NCBI GenBank assembly: GCA_049570475.1 | Contig: CP186953.1 | Location: forward strand, 544,001 to 608,000 | DNA from: Candidatus Methanosuratincola verstraetei | Lineage (GTDB): Archaea; Thermoproteota; Methanomethylicia; Methanomethylicales; Methanomethylicaceae | Length of the DNA stretch: 64,000 nt | Direction: 5' to 3' | Shown: piece by piece, positions 38,027-48,201 of the stretch | How the letters are laid out: the number at the start of each line of letters is the position of its first letter | How positions within the stretch are numbered: position 1 is the first letter of the stretch | Made by a program: the position numbers and the translations under genes | The notes under the pieces: generated by a model | Database searches by the model: none | Seen by the model: only the letters and a program-made list of their open reading frames with translations | Told to the model about the DNA's origin: nothing

Positions 38027-40459
38027 TTGTCGCCTGCTAAGGACGGTACCAGTAAGATGGAGAAGGTTTATTCTCCGCGGTCGGTGGAGGAGAAGTGGCA
38101 GAAGGCCTGGATGACCGAGGAGTTTTATCAGGTTTACAAGTTCAAGAATGACGGTAGGCCCGTGTTCACCATAGACACGCCGCCCCCGTTCACTTCGGGC
38201 GAGCTCCACATGGGGCACGCATACTGGAATGTGATAAACGATACGGTTGCCAGGTACAAGAGGATGACTGGTTACGACGTGATACTCCCCCAAGGGTGGG
38301 ACTGCCAAGGGCTGCCCACTGAGCTAAAGGTCCAGTACAGGTGGAAGGTCTCCAGGGAGGACAGGGCCCTCTTCCGGAAGAAGTGCGAGGAATGGACCGC
38401 CAGCATGATCGACAGCATGAAGCGGACCATGATTAGGCTCGGTTACCGCCCGGACTGGGAGCAGTTCGAGTACAGGACGATGGACAAGAGCTACTGGAAG
38501 GCGGTGCAGGAGTCGCTTATCCAGATGCACGAGAAGGGTCTGATTTACAGGAAGGAGTTCCCGGTCCACTGGTGCAGCAAGTGCGGCACTGCGCTCGCGC
38601 AGGCGGAATTGGGGTACATCCAGAAGAAGGGCAAGCTCTACTACCTGAGGTTCAGGGCAGGCGACCGCGACCTTGAGGTCGCTACAACGAGACCCGAGCT
38701 TTTGAATGCCTGCCAGGCGCTTGCGGTCAACCCTGAGGACAGCCGCTACTCATGGGCAGTTGGGAAGGAAGCCAAGGTACCAATTTTCGGCCAGAGGATC
38801 AAGGTCCTTGCAGACAGCTCGGTTGACATGGAATTCGGAACCGGCGTGGTCATGATCTGCACTTATGGAGACGAGCAGGACATCAAGTGGCAACAGATCT
38901 ACAAGCTCCCGGTCACGCGATCCGTCGACGAGTACGGGAGGATGATCAATGCCGGGAAGTACAACGGGATGAAGGTCTCGGATGCGAGGGAGGAGATTGC
39001 CAGGGACCTCGAGGCCGAAGGGAGCCTGATCCGGAGCGAGGAGTTCATGCACAACGTCCTGGCCCATACTGAGAGGGCAGACTGCATGACTCCGATAGAG
39101 TTCTTGACGAAGGACCAGTGGTTCATAAAGTCGATGGATTTCAAGGAGTTGGTCCTCAAGGAAGCGGAGAGGATGGAGTGGATCCCGGAGTTCGTCCACA
39201 GCAGGCTGGTCGACTGGGTCAACAGCATTGAGTGGGACTGGCTCATATCGAGGCAGAGGGTCTTCGGTACCCCGATACCTTTCTGGTTCTGCTCGGACTG
39301 CAACCAGATCATAGCGCCCAGGAGGGAAGACCTCCCGGTCGACACCAGCTCCACCCCGCCACCCGTGGAAAGGTGCCCCAAGTGCGGAGGCAGCAGGATC
39401 ACAGGCACTTCAGATGTCTGCGACTGCTGGGTCGACTCGAGCATTACCCCACTGATCGTCACCGGATACTTCAGGGACAGGGGGCTGTTCAAGAGGGCCT
39501 ACCCCGCAGACCTGAGGCAACAGGGGCACGACATCGTAAGGACCTGGATGTACTACACGATCCTCCGATGTGCATTGCTGACTGGCACAGGGCCATTCAA
39601 GGGGGCACTGGTGAATGGGCACATACTCGGGCCCGACGGGACCAGGATGTCGAAGTCGAAGGGCAACGTCATCATACCAGAGCAGGGGATAAACCAATTC
39701 GGGGCGGATGCGATAAGGCAGGCACTCTTCTCACTCACGATTGGATCGGACTTCCCGTTCAAGTGGGAGCCGGTCAAGTATGGCAAGTCGTTCCTGCAGA
39801 AGCTATGGTCATCCGCAAGGTTTGCGGAGGGATTCTTCAGCAAGAGGGTAGCCGAGATCAATCCAAAGGCTATGGACGAGACGGACAAGTGGATCGTCTC
39901 AAGGTTGAGGGAGGCAATCTGCAAGGCGAGGGAAGCGATGGAGAAGTACCAGTTCCACATCGCGGTGGACGTGCTCCAGAAGTTCTACTGGCACGACTTC
40001 TGCGACCAGTACATAGAGGCGGTCAAGCCAAGGCTCTACAGCCCGAGGGATGCTCAAGACAAGGAAGCCGCAGTCTCCGTGCTCTACATGGTGATTTGGA
40101 ATTTCATCAGGCTCCTTGCCCCGATCTGCCCGCACATCACCGAGGAGATCTACCAGAGCCTATTCCGCGAGCAGATGGGTTTAGTCTCAGTCCACTCGGC
40201 GCCGTACCCCAATCCAGAGAACCTGCCTAAGGTCGACGGCACGAGGGGCGAGAAGCTGGTATCAATGATCGCGCTGCTGAGGAGCAAGAAGGTGGAAAAC
40301 AAGCTTGCCCTATCAGCAGAGGTCAGGGGAGTAGTAGTCCATGGGAATTCGGAGGAGCTGAAGGTCTACAAAGAGAACGAGTGGCTGATAAGGCAGGTCC
40401 TGCACATCAATAGCCTCGAGTACAAGATAGGCGAGAAGGACGCAGAGTTGATCAAGTAG
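38027..40459 (+). CDS. valS: Valyl-tRNA synthetase
   Basis: DTPPP..SG.LHMGH, GWDCQGLP, DW.ISRQR, RMSKSKGN; start TTG 38027 (after GGAGG) or ATG 38057. Confidence 0.95.
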   Translation: MSPAKDGTSKMEKVYSPRSVEEKWQKAWMTEEFYQVYKFKNDGRPVFTIDTPPPFTSGELHMGHAYWNVINDTVARYKRMTGYDVILPQGWDCQGLPTELKVQYRWKVSREDRALFRKKCEEWTASMIDSMKRTMIRLGYRPDWEQFEYRTMDKSYWKAVQESLIQMHEKGLIYRKEFPVHWCSKCGTALAQAELGYIQKKGKLYYLRFRAGDRDLEVATTRPELLNACQALAVNPEDSRYSWAVGKEAKVPIFGQRIKVLADSSVDMEFGTGVVMICTYGDEQDIKWQQIYKLPVTRSVDEYGRMINAGKYNGMKVSDAREEIARDLEAEGSLIRSEEFMHNVLAHTERADCMTPIEFLTKDQWFIKSMDFKELVLKEAERMEWIPEFVHSRLVDWVNSIEWDWLISRQRVFGTPIPFWFCSDCNQIIAPRREDLPVDTSSTPPPVERCPKCGGSRITGTSDVCDCWVDSSITPLIVTGYFRDRGLFKRAYPADLRQQGHDIVRTWMYYTILRCALLTGTGPFKGALVNGHILGPDGTRMSKSKGNVIIPEQGINQFGADAIRQALFSLTIGSDFPFKWEPVKYGKSFLQKLWSSARFAEGFFSKRVAEINPKAMDETDKWIVSRLREAICKAREAMEKYQFHIAVDVLQKFYWHDFCDQYIEAVKPRLYSPRDAQDKEAAVSVLYMVIWNFIRLLAPICPHITEEIYQSLFREQMGLVSVHSAPYPNPENLPKVDGTRGEKLVSMIALLRSKKVENKLALSAEVRGVVVHGNSEELKVYKENEWLIRQVLHINSLEYKIGEKDAELIK

Positions 40460-41131
40460 ATGTGGAGGAGGCTCGCTTCGCTGCCCTTCAGGGGGACCAG
40501 CGAGAAGCTCAGGGAGCACCAGTCGCTTGTCCTCAAGTCTGTCGAGCTACTGGGAGAGCTGGTTTCGGCGTGCAGGATGGGGGACTGGGCTCAAGTCAGG
40601 TCTACGGCAGAGAGGATAGCCGCGCTCGAGAGGGAGGCAGACGAGGTGAAGAGGGGTATCGAGATAAACCTCTACAAGGGGACGCTCTTCGTCGGCCTGA
40701 AGGAGGACTTCTTGAGGCTTGCAGAGGCGCTGGACGCGATATCAGACAGGGCAAAGGACGCGTCCAGGATCATCTCTTCAAGGGAGCCCCGGCAGGGCGA
40801 GCTGCAGGCGTTTTTCCAGGACTGCCCAAATGTTGAGAGGCTGATCGCAGGCACGATCGAGATAGTGAGGGACCTCGAGGGCGCGGTCGGGCTCTTGGAC
40901 AAGGACTCAAAGGAGGCTATCGCCGCAGCGCACAGGGTTGAGAAGACTGAGGAGAGGCTGGACGAGATAAAACTGGACGTCCTGATGCAGCTATCAAGGC
41001 ACGAGTCCGAGTTCTCGACGCTCACCTACCTCCAGCTTAGGGATTTCATACTGATGGTGGACGCGATTGCCGACGCAGCTGAGGATGGGTCGGACGTGCT
41101 GACCGCGATGATCCTCAAGGCTACATTCTGA
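40460..41131 (+). CDS. DUF47/PhoU-like phosphate transport regulator
   Basis: E.EAD..K repeat, D.I.D.A.D motifs; precedes PiT. Confidence 0.9.
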   Translation: MWRRLASLPFRGTSEKLREHQSLVLKSVELLGELVSACRMGDWAQVRSTAERIAALEREADEVKRGIEINLYKGTLFVGLKEDFLRLAEALDAISDRAKDASRIISSREPRQGELQAFFQDCPNVERLIAGTIEIVRDLEGAVGLLDKDSKEAIAAAHRVEKTEERLDEIKLDVLMQLSRHESEFSTLTYLQLRDFILMVDAIADAAEDGSDVLTAMILKATF

Positions 41132-41141
41132 GGCGTTTTGA

Positions 41142-42080
41142 TTGGATCCCCAGCTGATAACTCTCGTGGCCCTCGCGACGCTGACTTCAGGGATGGTTGG
41201 GGCCAACAATGCAAGCAATGCCACAGCCACCATCACGGGGGCGAAGGTGACGACGCACAGCAGGGTCGCGATCATATTCGCCACAGGGCTTCTGATGGGC
41301 GCGATGCTTGAAGGCGGCAAGATGTCAGGGGCAGTGTTCGGGAGGGCGCTGGAAGGGGGGATCGGGAACTGGTCCGTTAGCGTCGTGCTTGGGATCACAT
41401 TGGGGATGATAATAATAGCCACGGGCATGGGGCTGCCCCTTCCGGTTACGCAGGCGCTGTATGGGGCAGCGATAGGGAGCGGCATATTCTTGGGCGTCCC
41501 CCTGAACGTCGCAGGGATAATGTCGGTCCTGATCTCGTGGTTCTTGACGCCAATCGCGGCCGCAGGGGCTTCGTTCGCAATATCGAGGCTGGGGAGGAAG
41601 GCCCAGGCTAAGGATGTAAGGACGGGGACTGTGATCTATGGAGTTTTGACCCTTGCGACTGGGTTTTACACCGCCTACGTCCTTGGCGCAAACACAATAG
41701 GGCTTCTTTCAGGAATGATGAAGGGGGGGATCGGATGGGAAGCGGCGCTTGCCCTTGCGGCAGCCTCATCGGCCATCGGCGGGATCATCTTCGGGAGGAG
41801 GGTCTCCACCACAGTCGGGGAGAGGATCGCAACCATGGGGCCCCAGACGGCCTTCGCGTGCCAGCTCGGCGGGGCGATCACGGTGCACCTCTTCACGCAA
41901 GGCGGGATCCCAGTCTCTATCAGCCACGCGGTTATAGGGGGGGTTGCAGGCGGCGCGCTTTCCAAAGGGTCCAAGGCGCTTAACGCAGCGTCATGGGCGA
42001 GGCTGGTCGCGCTTTGGTTCCTGACCCCAGCAATCACCTTGGCGCTGGCATGGCTGATACATGCAAGCGCTGCTGCCTGA
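41142..42080 (+). CDS. PiT family phosphate/anion transporter
   Basis: GANN..N, G.P...T, GAN, GIPVS.SH repeats; hydrophobic. Confidence 0.85.
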   Translation: MDPQLITLVALATLTSGMVGANNASNATATITGAKVTTHSRVAIIFATGLLMGAMLEGGKMSGAVFGRALEGGIGNWSVSVVLGITLGMIIIATGMGLPLPVTQALYGAAIGSGIFLGVPLNVAGIMSVLISWFLTPIAAAGASFAISRLGRKAQAKDVRTGTVIYGVLTLATGFYTAYVLGANTIGLLSGMMKGGIGWEAALALAAASSAIGGIIFGRRVSTTVGERIATMGPQTAFACQLGGAITVHLFTQGGIPVSISHAVIGGVAGGALSKGSKALNAASWARLVALWFLTPAITLALAWLIHASAAA

Positions 42081-42090
42081 CAGGAGAAGA

Positions 42091-42747
42091 TTAGCCGCGC
42101 AGCATGCCCTTGGCGCAGGAGAGTGCGTCGAGTATGTGCCGCGAGCCGAACTCTGGGGCGACGGGGCCGTGGCCGGGCAGCAGAGCATCTACCCGCATCC
42201 CCGAAAGGCGCTCGAGGCTATTGATCATGTCCGAGTCGCTCCCGCCAGGCAGGTCTGTCCTGCCGAAGTAGCCGTCCGTGAAGACGGTGTCACCGCTGAT
42301 GAGGAGGGACTCCCCAGGCGAGTAGAAGCAGGTGCTCCCGGGGGTGTGCCCCGGGGTTGGGATGCTCACTAGCCCGAGCCTGGAGAGGACCTCCTTTGCC
42401 TCAGAGAGATCGGAGCACGAGGGGTAGCATCGGACGGTCTCCTCCATGAGCTGCCTGTCGCGGCTGCTGATATATGCAGTCGGAGAGTACTCCCTCAGCG
42501 ACTCGAGCCCCATGACGTGGTCGTAGTGCCCGTGCGTGAGGAAGACCCCGGCGATGAGCGAGCCGTGTATGCCCGCGGACGCGAGGTACGAGAGCAACGA
42601 CGGGTGGCCGCTCGCGTCGAATATGTAGAATGACCCCTCGTCCCTCAGGACGTAGACGTTCGAAGAGATGCTGACTCCGACGAAGGACTCCTCGTGGATT
42701 ACTAGGAAGCGCCCTACCCTCGAGACGAGCGGTGAAGGGAGCGACAA
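42091..42747 (-). CDS. Metallo-beta-lactamase fold hydrolase
   Basis: THGHYDH, TPGHTPG, SGD, GRTDLPG, PGHG. Confidence 0.92.
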   Translation of the reverse strand: MSLPSPLVSRVGRFLVIHEESFVGVSISSNVYVLRDEGSFYIFDASGHPSLLSYLASAGIHGSLIAGVFLTHGHYDHVMGLESLREYSPTAYISSRDRQLMEETVRCYPSCSDLSEAKEVLSRLGLVSIPTPGHTPGSTCFYSPGESLLISGDTVFTDGYFGRTDLPGGSDSDMINSLERLSGMRVDALLPGHGPVAPEFGSRHILDALSCAKGMLRG

Positions 42748-42766
42748 CTCCTCACGCCCCCCTTCG

Positions 42767-44227
42767 TCAACCCTTCGTAACCCCGAGGGGCACCATCCTT
42801 GCGACCAGCGTGGCTATTCCCAGCGCGTCAGACACCGACGCGACCCGGTCGACGTCCTTGTACGCGCCCGGCGCCTCCTCGGCGATCACCCTGATGTTTG
42901 CTGCCCTTAGGCGGATCCCCCTCTCCTCCAGGTCACGCTTCACGTTGCTCCCCCAGTACTTCTTTATTGCAGCCTCCCTGCTCAGGAACCTGCCCGCCCC
43001 GTGCGCCGTGGATCCCCAGCTCAGGTCTAGCGAGTTCGGCCCGCCGAGCAGGAGGTAAGAAGCGGTCCCCATGCTGCCAGGGATAATCACCGGCTGGCCT
43101 ATGCTCCTGTACTCGTCCGGGATCTCTGGCCTACCGGCGGGGAACGCCCTGGTCGCGCCCTTCCTGTGGACATAGAGGAGGCGCTTCTTCCCGTCGACCA
43201 TGTGCTCCTCGCGCTTTGCAAGGTTGTGAGCCACATCGTAGACCAGCCTCATCCCGAGGTGCTCCGTGTCCGACCCGAAGGTCTTCCTGAAGGCCTCCCT
43301 CGCCCAGTGCATTATGCACTGCCTGTTCACCCAAGCATAGTTACAGGCGGCGCTCATGGCGGCGAAGTAATCAGATGCCTCGCGGCTGCTGGCGGGGGCG
43401 CACGCGAGCTCCCTGTCGGGTATCTTTATCTTGTACTTCGAAACGGCATTCTCCATCACGTGGAGGTAATCGCTGCAGACCTGGTGCCCCAGGCCGCGGC
43501 TGCCCGAGTGTATCATGACCACGACCTGCCCCTCCTGTTCAATGCCGAAGGCCTTTGCCGCGCGCTGGTCGTAAACCTTGTCCACTGCCTGGACTTCGAG
43601 GAAGTGGTTCCCGCTGCCGAGGGTCCCCAGCTGGTTGGAGCCCCTGCCCTTCGCGGACTGGGAGACGAGGCTGCTGTCGGCGGTCTTCATCGATCCGCCC
43701 TCCTCGCACCTCGTGGCATCCTCAGGCAGTGCGTACCCCTTCTCTATGGCCCACTCCACCCCCCGGTCGAGCACATCATTGAGCTCAGAGGTTGTGAGCC
43801 TTATCCCGCCCTTGCTCCCGAGACCGGACGGGACCATTTCAAAGAGTGTGTCGATGAGCTTGCCGAGCATGGGCTTGACATCCTTCAGGTCCAGGTTCGT
43901 GAGCATCAGTCGGACGCCGCAGTTGATGTCGTACCCCACGCCGCCGGGCGAGATCACACCCTCCTCAGCATCGAATGCGGCGACGCCCCCGATCGGGAAA
44001 CCGTAACCCTGGTGCCCATCGGGCATAACTATCGAGTATTTCAGGATTCCTGGCAGGTGTGCAACGTTGGCGCACTGCTGAAGCGTCAGGTCCTCTGCCA
44101 TCTTGTCCAAGAGGGAAGAGTCCGCGTAAACCCTGCCAGGGACGTTCATCCCAGGACTGAAGTCCCTGGGGATCTCCCAGGAGTAGTCGCTCAGCTTCTT
44201 GAGCGGGATTGAAGAACCGTCAACCAT
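42767..44227 (-). CDS. rtcB: RNA-splicing ligase RtcB
   Basis: MPDGHQGYGFPIG, YDINCG, GSGNHF, HSGSRG, HN, PGSMG, HGAGR, YK. Confidence 0.97.
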   Translation of the reverse strand: MVDGSSIPLKKLSDYSWEIPRDFSPGMNVPGRVYADSSLLDKMAEDLTLQQCANVAHLPGILKYSIVMPDGHQGYGFPIGGVAAFDAEEGVISPGGVGYDINCGVRLMLTNLDLKDVKPMLGKLIDTLFEMVPSGLGSKGGIRLTTSELNDVLDRGVEWAIEKGYALPEDATRCEEGGSMKTADSSLVSQSAKGRGSNQLGTLGSGNHFLEVQAVDKVYDQRAAKAFGIEQEGQVVVMIHSGSRGLGHQVCSDYLHVMENAVSKYKIKIPDRELACAPASSREASDYFAAMSAACNYAWVNRQCIMHWAREAFRKTFGSDTEHLGMRLVYDVAHNLAKREEHMVDGKKRLLYVHRKGATRAFPAGRPEIPDEYRSIGQPVIIPGSMGTASYLLLGGPNSLDLSWGSTAHGAGRFLSREAAIKKYWGSNVKRDLEERGIRLRAANIRVIAEEAPGAYKDVDRVASVSDALGIATLVARMVPLGVTKG

Positions 44228-44314
44228 TAGAAAACACCTGCTCTAAGTCCATAATCTGATACAGAGCGATTCCATATAAACATAGGGCTTTTTCGCATTC
44301 CAAGGGTTGTGCCT

Positions 44315-44743
44315 CTATATGTCGAGGACGAAATAGGCATGCCACATCCCGCCCTCCCGGTTGATCCTCATCATGGAGTATGTCATAGCCTTGACCCCCG
44401 TCCGCTGGTCGTGCTCTGCCGGGTCATAGTCATCACCCCACAGTGATGCCGAGAGCCTTGCCCCTTCGCCGACCTCGACTTTGCTCACATCCGCTCGGCG
44501 CAATGCAAAGGAGTCGGCGTCGAAGTGATAGATCAGGCGATCAACCCACAAGTAGAGGAGCTGCTCCAAGTCTTTGGCAGCGATCTCGACGGGTATCGAC
44601 TTGCGGCTATCGACCGCCTTCGTGTTCAGCATGACCTCGAATGTTGCCTCGGCGGAATCGGCAAATAGCCCCTCGAGTGAATCCGACACTACGTGGATGT
44701 AAACGTCCGACATATGGTCGAGGTACTCGTACAAATCGGACAC
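44315..44743 (-). CDS. Archease
   Basis: YLDH.SD, VKA.TY, C-terminal LDI; adjacent to rtcB. Confidence 0.92.
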   Translation of the reverse strand: MSDLYEYLDHMSDVYIHVVSDSLEGLFADSAEATFEVMLNTKAVDSRKSIPVEIAAKDLEQLLYLWVDRLIYHFDADSFALRRADVSKVEVGEGARLSASLWGDDYDPAEHDQRTGVKAMTYSMMRINREGGMWHAYFVLDI

Positions 44744-44847
44744 CCCCCGTGCAGCACCACCATACTATTGATGCAAGGACAAACAAAAGGCTTTCATTCG
44801 AGCGCATTGTTTATAAGAAGTACGGGGGAAATTGGAAGACTGCGCGA

Positions 44848-44956
44848 GCCGGGGTGGCTGAGCGGTTAAGGCGCCGGCCTTGAGATCTTATCCATGGGAC
44901 AGGCAAGCCGGTTCCCTCTCGGGGGAGCAAGGGTTCGAATCCCTTCCCCGGCGCCA
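44848..44956 (+). tRNA. tRNA-Ser(TGA) with 21-nt canonical intron (44885-44905)
   Basis: GCCGGGG/CCCCGGC, long variable arm, G73, CCA; BHB CTTG/CAGG with AGA and CAA bulges. Confidence 0.93.
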
Positions 44957-45138
44957 TTTCAGGAAAAAGGCAGGAAAAAGGCTCTGCTGACGCCTCCCAA
45001 ATTCGGCATATTGACGTCTCGGGGCAAAGCCCCGATAAGCAGCCCCAGGTTAAAATGAACGCTGCAACATGAATTGAAGACCCACAATATATAAATAACA
45101 AACAATCGTAATATATTCTGCCACACAGGTGAGAATTT

Positions 45139-45708
45139 TTGACTTATTCTAAGAATGTAGGAAGGGAGATGGTCGAGAAAGCAGGGGTTGACGTGGACCT
45201 CCTTATACAGAAGCTCAAGAGGGCGGCAGCGGCAGAGTTCACAACCTATTACTATTACACACTGCTGCGGATGCACTGCACTGGTCTTGAGGGAGAGGCG
45301 ATAAAGGAGGTCGTGGAAGACGCGAGGCTAGAGGACAGGCTACATTTCGAGACACTCGTGCCCAGGATATACGAGCTAGGAGGCGAACTCTACAGGGATC
45401 TTAGAGATCTCCATGAAGACGCTGCATGCTCTGCGGCTTACCTTCCAGAGAATCCCAACGACGTAAAGGAAATTCTGAGAGTACTTCTCGAGGCGGAGAG
45501 GTGCGCAGTGAGGGTTTACACAGAGATTTGCGAAATGACCCACGGGAAGGACCCAAGAACGTACGACATTTCACTCGCGATACTCCACGAGGAAGTTGAG
45601 CACGAGGCTTGGTTCCAGGAGCTCCTTGAGGGCAGACCTTCAGGCCATTTCAGAAGAAGGATCCCAGGAGAAGGGCCTTACACCCAGAAGTTCAGGCACA
45701 TAGAATGA
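45139..45708 (+). CDS. Dps-like (DpsL/thioferritin) protein
   Basis: [42 protein letters not shown]. Confidence 0.9.
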   Translation: MTYSKNVGREMVEKAGVDVDLLIQKLKRAAAAEFTTYYYYTLLRMHCTGLEGEAIKEVVEDARLEDRLHFETLVPRIYELGGELYRDLRDLHEDAACSAAYLPENPNDVKEILRVLLEAERCAVRVYTEICEMTHGKDPRTYDISLAILHEEVEHEAWFQELLEGRPSGHFRRRIPGEGPYTQKFRHIE

Positions 45709-45755
45709 GCGGACAACCCACACTAACCACTATTTTTTTCATTTAAGTGTTTATT

Positions 45756-46505
45756 ATGGATGGCTCAACCCTGATCCTAGGCTGGACCGCTAGCCTAGTA
45801 GCCGGTCTTGCAACCGGGCTCGGGGCACTGGCAATAATTGTGCCAAAGAGGATCACAGAGAGAAGCCAAGATTTGATGATGGGATTCTCGGGAGGAGTGA
45901 TGCTGGCGGCTGCCGGATTCAGCCTGATCGTTCCGGCGGTGGAGATAGGAGGGCACATTGTAGCCGTGCTAGGTATAGGGCTCGGCGCGCTAGCCCTTCA
46001 CCTGATCGACAGAACCGTTCCTCACATACACCCTCAATTAGGACCGGAAGGGATGAATTCGAAGCTTCCGAGGGTTTGGCTCGTGTTCCTCGCCATGAGC
46101 ATCCACAACATCCCGGAGGGGCTCGCGGTAGGAATGAGCTTCGGCGGGGAGGACATTGCCATAGGGATCGTAACTGCCACAGCAATAGCAATACAGAACG
46201 TCCCTGAAGGTTTGATCGTTGCGCTAGTGTTTTTCAGCGAAGGGGAGTCGAGAGCGAAGGCGATAGGGTATGCGACGTTGAGCGGGCTTGTTGAGCCCGT
46301 GGCAGGACTGGCCGGCATCACCATAACTTCTTCATCATCATTCCTGCTTCCACTCGGGCTTGCTTTTGCTGGGGGAGCGATGCTTTTTGTCGTCAGCGAC
46401 GAGATGATTCCGGAGAGCCATAAGAAGGGATTTGAGAGGGAGGCGACATTGGGCTTCGTGGGCGGCTTCTTGGTCATGATGATCATTGAAGGAATATTCC
46501 TGTGA
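45756..46505 (+). CDS. ZIP/GufA family metal transporter
   Basis: GF..GVML, HNIPEG, QNVPEG, E.IPESH. Confidence 0.92.
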   Translation: MDGSTLILGWTASLVAGLATGLGALAIIVPKRITERSQDLMMGFSGGVMLAAAGFSLIVPAVEIGGHIVAVLGIGLGALALHLIDRTVPHIHPQLGPEGMNSKLPRVWLVFLAMSIHNIPEGLAVGMSFGGEDIAIGIVTATAIAIQNVPEGLIVALVFFSEGESRAKAIGYATLSGLVEPVAGLAGITITSSSSFLLPLGLAFAGGAMLFVVSDEMIPESHKKGFEREATLGFVGGFLVMMIIEGIFL

Positions 46506-46849
46506 GGGGGTCATTATTGGGAAAAGAAAGGCTGTGCAGGCTTGAAGAAATACCTGACGGGGGATTGAGGCTATTCAGAACGAAGGCAGGCGAGATCTTG
46601 GTCTTCAGGCGGGGCGACAAGGTCTACGGCTACGACAACAAGTGCCCTCACCTTGGCTTCTCGCTTTACCTAGGAACCCTAAGCGGGAGTAGGCTGAGGT
46701 GCGGGTACCACGGGGAAGTCTTCGATCTTGAGACAGGGGAGCCCGAGGGGAAGGTTGTGAAAAAAGGTTTGATTAAAAAGGCGCTGGTCTTGGAGATGGG
46801 GGATGGCGAAGGAAGAACGGTGTATCTGATTGGGGGCGGGGTGGACTAG
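46502..46849 (+). CDS. Rieske [2Fe-2S] ferredoxin
   Basis: CPH...CGYH motif, FDL.TGE. Confidence 0.88.
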   Translation: MRGSLLGKERLCRLEEIPDGGLRLFRTKAGEILVFRRGDKVYGYDNKCPHLGFSLYLGTLSGSRLRCGYHGEVFDLETGEPEGKVVKKGLIKKALVLEMGDGEGRTVYLIGGGVD

Positions 46850-47118
46850 CCCCTGAGCTCCGAGACCTCTTGCTTGCCTTTCTCCAAAGAGGGGGCATGC
46901 TCACTGTCAAGACTCTCCAGAAGCGCCTGGAACTCGCCTACATGTACCTTCTCCTCATTGGCTATGTCCAACAAGACCTTCTTCAGCAGGGCATTCCCGG
47001 TAGCCGCCGCGAGCTGCTCATAAAGGTTGATTGCATCAAGTTCTGCGATTATCCCGACCCTCAGAATCTCTTTATCAGAGCCTTCGCCTGGCTTGAATGG
47101 AATCCTTGAGAGCATCAA
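46846..47118 (-). CDS. Small ferritin-like protein (Flp/EncFtn-like)
   Basis: AELDAINLYEQ...DIANEEKVHVGEF. Confidence 0.85.
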   Translation of the reverse strand: MMLSRIPFKPGEGSDKEILRVGIIAELDAINLYEQLAAATGNALLKKVLLDIANEEKVHVGEFQALLESLDSEHAPSLEKGKQEVSELRG

Positions 47119-47288
47119 ATGCCACCTCTCAATAGACTTTTTACAGTGGATATAAGGGTTTGCATCTCATCCTACCCACATTCAAGCCAAGAATGCCGAT
47201 AGTTTTTCCGAATTGGCTGCTGTCATATGCATCTGTATCTTAGAGATTTTCCGATGACGGACTGCTTCTTCCTCGATGCATTTCCGGC

Positions 47289-48191
47289 CTAGGAACGCAG
47301 TCCTGAAAGCCTCGGATCATGCGAGGCCAATTCTAGGGCCCTTAATGCGCTCTTCTCTTTGTCCTTTATCTCCAGCATCAGATCAAAATCATGGGGCATG
47401 GACAGGCTAAGGAAGGAAAGGAAATCTCCTTCGTCGATGCTACGGGCGTGCATTCCCGGCCTCCCACCAGGTAGCTGGGAGCTGTAGTCTACCATGGGGA
47501 TGCCGTCCCTATTCGGATCCCAGCTAGGAGTGAATTCTGCAAACGCCTGTGGTACGCTCTCCCCCTTATTTGAAACCGAGTGGTGGAAAACATCAAACAA
47601 GACAGGCAAGCCGACCTCGCGGCTTATCCTGAGGCAGTCAGCAACAGCATAGCGCTCATCGTTCTCCACTACCAACCTTCGCGCTATAGCGTTGTCGACT
47701 TCCCCATAACGCCTGATGAAACGGCGCAGACTCTCCTCTCTATCGTTGTAAACACCCCCTACGTGTATCTGAATCTTTGCAGACGTGTCGAGACCCATTA
47801 GATCAAGGATCTCTGCATGGTAAAGCAGTTCCCTGGAGCTCCTATCGAAGATTTTCTCGTCTATTGAATTTATCAGCGTGAATTGATCAGGATGCATTGA
47901 GATCCGCATCCCCTTGGCACGGATGAGGGCGCCGATCTCTGAAAGGCGGTCCTTAAAGTAGGACTGCCAGTCGAATTTGCATACAGGGTGTGAGGCGAAG
48001 GGCACCAGGTCAGAACTAACCCTGAAGAAGAGGATGCCCCTTGCTGCATTGTAGAGGAGCGTTTTCTTTAGGCAGTCGAGGTTTGAAGATACGGTCTGGA
48101 TCAGGCGCTCCTCGGTGTAGGATTTGAGCCTGAACGTTCTGCCCGCGGTGCAGCCTATGCTCCTATTGAAGCAGGGGTATCCGATCCTCAA
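47289..48191 (-). CDS. uvsE: UV damage endonuclease
   Basis: RIGY.C, FFRVSS.L.PFASHP, SMHPDQF, IHVGG, ENDE, D.FHH, EIK.KE. Confidence 0.93.
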   Translation of the reverse strand: MRIGYPCFNRSIGCTAGRTFRLKSYTEERLIQTVSSNLDCLKKTLLYNAARGILFFRVSSDLVPFASHPVCKFDWQSYFKDRLSEIGALIRAKGMRISMHPDQFTLINSIDEKIFDRSSRELLYHAEILDLMGLDTSAKIQIHVGGVYNDREESLRRFIRRYGEVDNAIARRLVVENDERYAVADCLRISREVGLPVLFDVFHHSVSNKGESVPQAFAEFTPSWDPNRDGIPMVDYSSQLPGGRPGMHARSIDEGDFLSFLSLSMPHDFDLMLEIKDKEKSALRALELASHDPRLSGLRS

Positions 48192-48201
48192 TAGAGCCAC
48201 T

